From: Patescibacteria group bacterium
GTDB lineage: Bacteria; Patescibacteriota; Patescibacteriia; UBA9570; JAHJKD01
Length of the DNA: 64,000 bases
NCBI GenBank assembly: GCA_018822435.1
Contig: JAHJKD010000003.1
Coordinates: 1,208-65,207 of the forward strand
Direction: 5' to 3'
The translations under genes were made by a program, and so were the position numbers. The notes below the pieces were generated by a model, which saw only the letters and a program-made list of their open reading frames with translations, was not told the origin of the DNA and ran no database searches. Shown one piece after another: positions 17,184-23,716 of the stretch; positions within the stretch are counted from its first letter, which is position 1, and each line of letters begins with the position of its first letter.

Positions 17184-19250
17184 TTAAGAAGAATGCTTAT
17201 TAAGTGATTGCTGTATTAAGAAAATGGCATAATCAATCTCCTCAGGCTCAGATAAGCTTACTTCTACATCTCCATTTCCCCAGCGTCCTAAATCCGTAAC
17301 ATCTTTTGCCATTCCTTTTGGGTCATCAAGTTCCTCAAATTTCATATTTAGAGAAAGTCTTAATCTGGTTTTTTGAGGGACAACATCTACAAAGTTTGTT
17401 GAAGTTTTGAAAGCTATGTAGAGCTTCATACATTCTTCTCTAATCTCTGGATTTAAAAGCATGATTCGCTCTTTTAATAGCTCGTAGAGAGTGAACATGT
17501 CGCCTTGTAGGTATTCATAATCTTCAATGTTGTAATCAGCTTCTTTTTCTGGTTGTAAGTCTTTTTTGTACTTCTCCAATATCTCATCAGATAAAACTGG
17601 AGCTTTCCAGATTTGCAGGGCTTCTTTGCTTAGAGTTTCGGCTCGTTGTTTAATCGTTTCTTCATTCCAAGTATCAAGGTCTATTAAATCTTTATTTAAA
17701 CGCACAGAGCTTTCTTTAAATCCTTTCTGCATATCTCTTTTTTCTGTGAACGATTTATTACTCATATCAGAGTTGTACCCCGTAAGAGTAAGATTTCCGA
17801 TAGTGTGCAAATACTCACTTTGGATTCTCTGGAAGTCCTCTCCAAGTGCTTCCTTCCATTGAGGGGTTAAGGTTTGAGGCATGATATGCTCAACGCTCAA
17901 ATCATCAAGATTTACTCGCTCTTTATTGTTGTGGTGTTCAATTTTCTCGAAGAGATAACCGCTATTTCTGAAATTGTAAACATCTTTCTTGGCTAGCTCC
18001 TCCTTAAATTCACTATCCTTAGGAAGTCGGTGATAGCTCTCTCGTAGTATGAAATTAGCCATGAGGCTTTCAATGTAATTCTCTGGCTCGATTTCTTTGT
18101 AGAGGTTCGCAAAGGTCTTATTAAGGGAATTGGTAGGAATACCACAAATAGCACGTCTAAAGACGTAGCATTCAACCAGTTTGAGAACTTCAATGAAATC
18201 TTCCTTTGTGATTATGTTGTTTTCGTAATCATCATAAACACTCATCAGGAATGGGTAAGCTACCTCAACCTTTAGAGTTCTGATGTTGTTAATTATCTCG
18301 TTTATTTGATTGTCTTCTTCTTTGTTAAATTCAAGTTTGGCGTAGTACTTTGAAAACTTGTGGACGTCTGCCACTACCTCTTCAATTTCTCTTCCGAAAA
18401 TATACTGCTTGTATGTTGTGTAAACTGAATCTAGGGTTGGGATTGAGCCTGTTTTGATAGTAAGGAAGCCACGCATGAAGTAGTCAAACTTTTCTTCATT
18501 TTGACCTTCGATAAAAAGGCTCTCCATTGGTAGCCAATACTTGGTGTAAATTTCTTTCTGATGGTCTGGCTCAAGCCCCATGAGAACATAATTCCTAATA
18601 AGGTCAGATTGAGACAAATCCAGTCCGGTAGAATTAAGACTTTCAAAAATAAGCTGAGGGTTGTCCTCTCTATCTAATGCAATATCAACAATGATAAGTT
18701 TTCGTATTCCTTTGAATAAATCATCAAGGTTAATGTTGCCTTTTTCTATTTGAGTAACAAAAAATAGGTAATTTTGGTAAATACGTTCGATTTCTTCATC
18801 TTTTGATATTTCTTCACCATCAACCAATTTTCTAAATACTTCTTTGTCATGTCGTGTAAGGCTTAGTTTAATTCGTTTATCATCTTTACTGTACTCATTC
18901 ACAAGGAAAGAGTTCATGATTTGACGTTTTGTAACCTCGTATTTCTCCTCCGATTTCTTCAAGGCATTCACCATTGCCAAGAAAAGCAATGACAGGGTTG
19001 TCAGTCTCTGCTGTCCATCAATTACAAGAGCCTGATTTGTACCTGCGATGTTATACATGCCAGCGGCTACATAAACGACCGAACCTATAAAGTGAGCAGG
19101 AACTGTATCATCAGTCGAAACTCGCAAAATATCATTCCAAAGTTGCTTACATTGGATTAAATTCCAGCTATAGGTACGCTGATAAATGGGAATAATGAAC
19201 TGCTGTTCTTTATTGATGAACGATATAAAATTGGTTTCTAATGCCTTCAT
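17184..19250 (-). CDS. GmrSD-like type IV (modification-dependent) restriction endonuclease, DUF262 plus DUF1524/HNH
   Basis: N-terminal DUF262 motifs YQRTYSW and IDGQQRLTTL (ParB/Srx-like NTPase). C-terminal His-Me finger LSVEHIMPQ (DUF1524). 688 aa. Confidence 0.75.
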   Translation of the reverse strand: MKALETNFISFINKEQQFIIPIYQRTYSWNLIQCKQLWNDILRVSTDDTVPAHFIGSVVYVAAGMYNIAGTNQALVIDGQQRLTTLSLLFLAMVNALKKSEEKYEVTKRQIMNSFLVNEYSKDDKRIKLSLTRHDKEVFRKLVDGEEISKDEEIERIYQNYLFFVTQIEKGNINLDDLFKGIRKLIIVDIALDREDNPQLIFESLNSTGLDLSQSDLIRNYVLMGLEPDHQKEIYTKYWLPMESLFIEGQNEEKFDYFMRGFLTIKTGSIPTLDSVYTTYKQYIFGREIEEVVADVHKFSKYYAKLEFNKEEDNQINEIINNIRTLKVEVAYPFLMSVYDDYENNIITKEDFIEVLKLVECYVFRRAICGIPTNSLNKTFANLYKEIEPENYIESLMANFILRESYHRLPKDSEFKEELAKKDVYNFRNSGYLFEKIEHHNNKERVNLDDLSVEHIMPQTLTPQWKEALGEDFQRIQSEYLHTIGNLTLTGYNSDMSNKSFTEKRDMQKGFKESSVRLNKDLIDLDTWNEETIKQRAETLSKEALQIWKAPVLSDEILEKYKKDLQPEKEADYNIEDYEYLQGDMFTLYELLKERIMLLNPEIREECMKLYIAFKTSTNFVDVVPQKTRLRLSLNMKFEELDDPKGMAKDVTDLGRWGNGDVEVSLSEPEEIDYAIFLIQQSLNKHSS

Positions 19251-19369
19251 AATTGAAATTTAATTAATTTTCTCAGGTTATACAAAGTATTACAAAGTTA
19301 GTATAACAATTCTAGTGTTTTTCACAAGAGAATGAAGGGAAGAGAAGAGCTGTATATTATAAAGAGTTG

Positions 19370-19500
19370 TTCCGCCGATAGGCGGAACTCCATATATTCC
19401 CCTCATTAAAAAAGCGTTTCCGTAGCGTAGCGGAGGAAACACCATATTTCCCCTTATAAATAAATCGTTTTCGGAGCAAAGCGGAGAAAACACCTTATAT
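19370..19500. repeat. Three tandem ~45-bp hairpin repeat units
   Basis: Units are GTTCCGCC-GATA-GGCGGAAC-TCCATATATTCCCCTCATT, GTTTCC-GTAGCGTAGC-GGAGGAAAC-ACCATATTTCCCCTTAT and GTTTTC-GGAGCAAAGCGGAG-AAAAC-ACCTTATATCCACTC. Hairpin stems differ between units but the tail nCCATATnTCCCCT is conserved. Confidence 0.5.
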
Positions 19501-19582
19501 CCACTCTAAAAATAAAGAAAAAGAAATTTGAAAATTTTTTAAAACAATTGGGCGATAGCCCAGAAAAGAAAAGGAATATTTC

Positions 19583-19697
19583 AGCTAACGTTTCGGCATA
19601 TACGATGTTGCACGGGTGTATAATAGCCGACAGGCTACACCCGTGCAATATGGGCGGAGCGACCATCGGGAGCGTAGCCGTATATGCCGTGTTATAT
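19583..19697. repeat. attC-like structured repeat B
   Basis: AGCTAAC-GTTT-CGGCATATACG-ATGTT-[hairpin GCACGGGTGTA..TACACCCGTGC]-AATATGGGCGGAGC-...-CGTATATGCCG-T-GTTATAT. Arms are perfect complements and covary relative to A and D. The left box is the reverse complement of A's right box. The right box is the reverse complement of C's left box. Confidence 0.65.
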
Positions 19698-19721
19698 GAT
19701 GTAATTTATCAAAATTTTTTA

Positions 19722-20870
19722 CTATTCTATTTTTAATATTTTGCAATCCACGAGATATGGCGACTTGAAATCTGTCATTTCGCCTGCTTTTTTGCCTGGA
19801 ACAGGAAATAATCTTGCTGATAATGGCTTATCTAACTTAATTGCTAAAGTCGCCATATCGAGAAGTGTCGCTTCAATCTTTTCTGCTGGCGTGTCGCCTG
19901 GAATTGGAACTGTGTCTAAACCAACACCGCAAACTGCTGAATATAAAAGCAGGTTAGTAATGCCGTAGGTAGCTTCATTTGCTCTCGTTGCAAGTCCAAG
20001 GTCTTCGCATACTGGGAGCATAAGACCAGAATAGCCACATATCTTAACTGACAAACCTTTGAGTACACGAGTGACCAAAGCAGAAATTGTAAGTGTTCCT
20101 TGACTTCCAAATTTGCCAAAGCCGAGTTTTTCAAAAGCAAAAGCAATACTTTCATGCTCCTCAAGTCCTGGATTTAGTGAAGCATCAATACCATTATAGC
20201 CAATGCCAAAGTCTTTTGAAATCTGTTGAGCTAAATCGGCGACTTTCTTAGTTTCTTCTTCAAATATTGCTTTTAGGTTTTGCTCTGCTTCTATGAGATT
20301 GCTTGATTTTGAAAATGCCTTCACGGCTAAGTCTCCGCACTCCAAGCCAATACCGAAAGCGGTTTCTCCCTCGTGAAAACCGGTAGGAAAGAACGGAATA
20401 CCTGGCTTACAATTTGCGGAGGCGCAGAATCTAAAATTGCCGTAACCGTTTTCGGTTTCCTCTGCAATTCGTTTGATAACTTGAGCTGCTATTTTGGCAT
20501 TTTCAAAATCTATTCCACTTTCCTTGTCGCCGATTTTGGCGGAGCATGAAATTTGAGAGGTAACTTTATTAAATTCAGGAATGAGTTTAATTTTATCTGG
20601 CGTTTTTGCGTAGCCCATATTGAAAAAACTTACGTCGAGGCTTTGGCAAATTTGTTCTATTTTTTGAATCGCACTTACAATTTCTGCGTCTGAAAGACTA
20701 CCAAGATATTCTTCCCATGAATTAGTGGCTATTCTGGTCGTCTGCACTTCATAACCTGCTTTTTCAAACACTTCCTTAGCTTTGCGATTGAATTCAGCAG
20801 TTTGTCTTATTTGATCTTCAATATCAGGTGATTGAAGCGACACGCCAGTTGTTATTGTTCTTATTTTCAT
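19722..20870 (-). CDS. DUF711/UPF0210-family protein
   Basis: N-terminus MKIRTITTGVSL resembles the conserved DIRTITMGISL start of UPF0210 proteins. 382 aa, shorter than typical family members. Assignment is from memory of the family signature. Confidence 0.45.
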   Translation of the reverse strand: MKIRTITTGVSLQSPDIEDQIRQTAEFNRKAKEVFEKAGYEVQTTRIATNSWEEYLGSLSDAEIVSAIQKIEQICQSLDVSFFNMGYAKTPDKIKLIPEFNKVTSQISCSAKIGDKESGIDFENAKIAAQVIKRIAEETENGYGNFRFCASANCKPGIPFFPTGFHEGETAFGIGLECGDLAVKAFSKSSNLIEAEQNLKAIFEEETKKVADLAQQISKDFGIGYNGIDASLNPGLEEHESIAFAFEKLGFGKFGSQGTLTISALVTRVLKGLSVKICGYSGLMLPVCEDLGLATRANEATYGITNLLLYSAVCGVGLDTVPIPGDTPAEKIEATLLDMATLAIKLDKPLSARLFPVPGKKAGEMTDFKSPYLVDCKILKIE

Positions 20871-20912
20871 GGTGCGAAATATTAAAAATTAAAAATTTTG
20901 ATAAATTATTTC

Positions 20913-21001
20913 ATATAACGTTTCGGCATAGCCGAAGTTTGACGGGTGTAAAATACGCCGAAGGTGTACACCCGTCAAATTTGGGTGAGCGAGCGTTAAA
21001 A
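20913..21001. repeat. attC-like structured repeat C (variant)
   Basis: ATATAAC-GTTTCGGCATAGCCGAAGTT-[hairpin TGACGGGTGTA..TACACCCGTCA]-AATTTGGGTGAGCGAGC-GTTAAAA. The left arm self-pairs here (TTCGGC-ATA-GCCGAA). Confidence 0.5.
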
Positions 21002-21021
21002 ATAAAATTGTTTTTATTCGT

Positions 21022-21462
21022 TTAGAATAATAACTTGTATGTTACTCCTTCTTTCCATTGTGGATTTTCCCATTCTTTGAAATCAAAATTTTCACATAGA
21101 TTTCGCATAGGAGAATTTTTAAAAGCGGTTTCTGTAACAACTCCTGTAGCTTTTTTGTTTTTTGCGTGTTCAATACATCTACCCATCAGTTTTTTTCCTA
21201 TACCAAGCTTTTGAAAATATGGATCAACGAGTATTTCACGGATGAAAAAGAAATTGTCTTCCCACCAACCTCTGTCTATAGAACAAAAAGCCACAAATTC
21301 AGCTCCTTTCTTTGCGATAAGATAAAGGCTATCTTTTAGCTGAAAGTGTTTTTTTAGTGAATCTATTGTGGCTTTGTCGTAGGTATAATTGAAAGATTTT
21401 TTATTACGTAAAAAATCAATTTCTTTTTCATTTTTCATCTCTGTAATTTTGATTTCATCCAT
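21022..21462 (-). CDS. GNAT-family N-acetyltransferase
   Basis: Acetyl-CoA-binding motif A QKLGIGKKLMGRCIEHAK (Q/RxxGxG/A). About 145 aa, the typical size for a single GNAT domain. Confidence 0.75.
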   Translation of the reverse strand: MDEIKITEMKNEKEIDFLRNKKSFNYTYDKATIDSLKKHFQLKDSLYLIAKKGAEFVAFCSIDRGWWEDNFFFIREILVDPYFQKLGIGKKLMGRCIEHAKNKKATGVVTETAFKNSPMRNLCENFDFKEWENPQWKEGVTYKLLF

Positions 21463-21483
21463 AGAATTAAAACAATTTTATTT

Positions 21484-21513
21484 AGCTCGCGAACCGGCTA
21501 TGCCGTGTTAGCT
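21484..21513. repeat. Truncated attC-like site G (arm plus end box only)
   Basis: AGCTCGCGAACCGGCTATGCCGT-GTTAGCT. Resembles only the right arms of A, D and E. Box GTTAGCT is the reverse complement of AGCTAAC at 21783..21789. Confidence 0.45.
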
Positions 21514-21521
21514 GAAGTTAA

Positions 21522-21752
21522 TTATTTTTCCCATTTTAAGTATGCCCTAATATTTAAGGCAATTAGGATTATGCAAACAATTACTCCAGGCCAGATTTGA
21601 GCCATGTAGTTGACTATGATCCACGCTATATTCGCAGCAATATAGATTATGAACGCATATCTTTTTTTATTGCCAATTAGGTAAACAAAAAGGAGTGAGC
21701 CTGTCATAGCTATCCAGTCTATACCATAGTAATTGCCAATTATATGTTCCAT
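21522..21752 (-). CDS. Small hypothetical membrane protein (2 TM), first cassette next to the attI-like region
   Basis: 76 aa with two hydrophobic helices. No assignable family. Confidence 0.35.
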   Translation of the reverse strand: MEHIIGNYYGIDWIAMTGSLLFVYLIGNKKRYAFIIYIAANIAWIIVNYMAQIWPGVIVCIILIALNIRAYLKWEK

Positions 21753-21917
21753 ATAGAAAAATAATTAATTTCAGCTAACTGGTTATTATACGAAGTGTTT
21801 TCATATAATATGCATGATTTAGGGTGTTATGCGGCTATTGCGGAGAAGGGAAGATTGCTGTAATATTTTAAATAACATCCTAAAAACATCTTCTAATATA
21901 CTTAAAATTCATCAATT
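21753..21917. promoter_or_regulatory. attI-like region and divergent promoter zone between the recombinase gene and the first cassette
   Basis: Contains box AGCTAAC (21783..21789) complementary to the first cassette's GTTAGCT, a TCATATAA element resembling the starts of repeats C and F, and a GTTATGC box (21836..21842). AT-rich with several -10-like hexamers. Promoter positions were not resolved. Confidence 0.4.
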
Positions 21918-22739
21918 ATGCAAGATTACCTCAAAAAGGCAAAGGAAGAGCTTTTGGTTCGGAATTATAGCCAAAAGACTATTAAAAGTTATACTTCTTG
22001 TTTGCGGAACTATTTTGAATATTTAGATTCTGTTGGTTTTGATTTGGGAGTGGTGGACAGGGAAGTGATAAAAAAATTCTTATTAAAGAAAAAGGGGAAA
22101 GGGTATTCACCACAAACTTTGAATCTTTTTCTCAATGCGATTAAATTTTTTTATAGAGAAATTATTAAATCACAGGAGGAAATTGATTTGAAGTTTTCCA
22201 AACGGTCGCAGAAATTGCCGGTGGTGCTATCGCGCAATGAAATCCAGCTCATCCTAGATGAGGTCGCTAATTCCAAACATAAGCTGCTGATCGGGTTGAC
22301 TTATGGGGCAGGCTTAAGGGTGAGTGAAGTCATAAATTTGAAGGTCAGGGACATTGACTTGGAGAGAGGAGTAATTGCTGTCCGAGCCGGGAAAGGGGAT
22401 AAGGATAGGATCACGGTTTTGCCTGAAAAATTATCGTCTGAAATAATGGCTAGGATAAGGGGAAGGAGTGGGCCGGAGTTTGTTTTTGTCAGTGAACGGG
22501 GCGGACGGTTGACAGCAAGAACAGCACAGAAAGTATTTGAAAATGCTTTGCGGAAGGCAGGGATCCAAAAAGATGCCACTTTTCATTCATTGCGCCATAG
22601 TTTTGCGACTCATTTACTAGAGAGCGGGACGGACATCAGATATGTGCAGACATTGTTGGGACATCGCAATATTCGGACCACGCAAATTTATACCCAGGTG
22701 AGCACGGCTAATATCAGGGCCATTGCCAGCCCGCTATAA
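21918..22739 (+). CDS. Site-specific tyrosine recombinase (XerC/XerD/IntI superfamily), the presumptive cassette integrase
   Basis: C-terminal catalytic region with R (LRVSE), K (GKGDKDR), HxxR (HSLRHSFATHLL), R and Y (HRNIRTTQIYTQV). N-terminal core-binding domain. Only 273 aa, and the segment between the KxxR box and HxLRH is ~58 aa, too short for the IntI-specific insertion. Confidence 0.85.
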   Translation: MQDYLKKAKEELLVRNYSQKTIKSYTSCLRNYFEYLDSVGFDLGVVDREVIKKFLLKKKGKGYSPQTLNLFLNAIKFFYREIIKSQEEIDLKFSKRSQKLPVVLSRNEIQLILDEVANSKHKLLIGLTYGAGLRVSEVINLKVRDIDLERGVIAVRAGKGDKDRITVLPEKLSSEIMARIRGRSGPEFVFVSERGGRLTARTAQKVFENALRKAGIQKDATFHSLRHSFATHLLESGTDIRYVQTLLGHRNIRTTQIYTQVSTANIRAIASPL

Positions 22740-22789
22740 AGTTCACTACGTTTGACAGATCATTTATTTAAATTTAAAATAATAGTCCT

Positions 22790-23143
22790 ATGAAAAATGA
22801 AATCACAAAAAAATTAAAAGAACACGACAAGCTGTTTGCTAAAATTGACAAACGGTTTGACGGACATGATAAGCGCTTTGACGAACATGACAGGCAATTA
22901 GAAGCAATAGCGAAGTCAGTAGGAAAAAATACTCAAGACATGGGAGATATAAAACAAGATATTAGCGGCATAAGAAAGGAAATGGCTACAAAAAAGGATA
23001 TTGAGAAGATTTCAAACACTCTTGATAAGTTAGTTGGTTTTGCAAAAAAGAAAGATGAGGAAATGACCTTTATGGGTGAGCGGGTGACTAGGGTAGAAAA
23101 AGATGTCAAACATATTAAGCCGCTTGTGGGCCTGAGTAATTAA
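22790..23143 (+). CDS. Hypothetical coiled-coil protein
   Basis: 117 aa, charged and helical, with internal repeat DKRFDGHDKRFDEHD. Followed by a terminator. Confidence 0.35.
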   Translation: MKNEITKKLKEHDKLFAKIDKRFDGHDKRFDEHDRQLEAIAKSVGKNTQDMGDIKQDISGIRKEMATKKDIEKISNTLDKLVGFAKKKDEEMTFMGERVTRVEKDVKHIKPLVGLSN

Positions 23144-23160
23144 ATAAAACAATTATTTAT

Positions 23161-23197
23161 CCCAAGCCCCGAATTTATTCGGGATATTGGGTTTTTT
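23161..23197 (+). terminator. Rho-independent terminator
   Basis: CCCAAGCCCCGAAT-TTA-TTCGGGATATTGGG nested stem followed by TTTTTT. Confidence 0.6.
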
Positions 23198-23251
23198 GTT
23201 TGCAGTGGATTTATTATTAGAAATTTGGTATGATATAGTCCAAAATATTTT

Positions 23252-23716
23252 ATGAAAAGAGCCTTATTTATAGGAAGATTCCAGCCTTTCCACAACGGCC
23301 ACCTCTCGGTTGTCAAAGCAATTGATAGTGATATTGACGAGGTAATTGTCGGGGTGGGATCCAGCCAATATTCTGATACTGAAGAAAATCCCTGTAGCTT
23401 TGAACAAAGGGAAAAGATGATAAAGAAAGTTCTGGATAAAGAATTGGAAAAACCGTTTCAGATTATTTCCGTGCCAGATATTCATGACGAGAAGAATTGG
23501 GTCAAGCATGTCGTGAATATTGTGCCGGATTTTGATGTTGTTTACACGGGTAATGATTGGGTGAGGGGATTATTTGATCAAGCGGGCCGGGAGACCAGGC
23601 CAGTGCAAGAAGAGATTGAAATTTCTGGGACTGAATTGAGGAAGATGATTAAAGAAGATGATGAGAAGTGGAAGCAGTATGTGCCAAAAGAAATAATTGA
23701 AGATATAAAAAAATGA
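23252..23716 (+). CDS. Nicotinamide-nucleotide adenylyltransferase, archaeal/NadM type (cytidylyltransferase fold)
   Basis: N-terminal signature LFIGRFQPFHNGHL ((H/T)xGH nucleotidyltransferase motif). About 150 aa. Begins an NAD-synthesis cluster. Confidence 0.7.
   Translation: MKRALFIGRFQPFHNGHLSVVKAIDSDIDEVIVGVGSSQYSDTEENPCSFEQREKMIKKVLDKELEKPFQIISVPDIHDEKNWVKHVVNIVPDFDVVYTGNDWVRGLFDQAGRETRPVQEEIEISGTELRKMIKEDDEKWKQYVPKEIIEDIKK

Larger units (their letters stand above)
6692..22739. mobile_element. Integron-like platform: tyrosine recombinase, attI-like region and cassette array delimited by attC-like structured repeats
   Basis: Recombinase gene (+) faces away from an array of minus-strand ORFs. 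Each ORF is followed in its own sense by a structured repeat with RYYYAAC/GTTRRRY-like end boxes. Adjacent boxes are exact reverse complements across each cassette. Stem covariation is present in the repeats. Cassette content is typical of integrons (TA pair, GNAT, methyltransferase, defence genes). Confidence 0.6.

Noticed and set aside
19370-19500. Possible CRISPR array (hairpin-forming direct repeats)
   Set aside because: Only three units. The repeats differ from one another in stem sequence and length. The spacers between them are 25 to 30 bp and themselves conserved, so the pattern is inverted relative to repeat/spacer logic. No cas genes are nearby.
19583-19697. Structured repeats as tRNA or tmRNA-like genes
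   Set aside because: No cloverleaf can be drawn. The T-loop GTTCRANYC and D-loop signatures are absent. The elements instead form a long two-arm hairpin with RYYYAAC/GTTRRRY ends.
21918-22739. Calling the recombinase intI outright
   Set aside because: Its length and spacing argue against the IntI-specific domain. It is kept as tyrosine recombinase (Xer-like) pending alignment, although its position and orientation relative to the array are integron-like.
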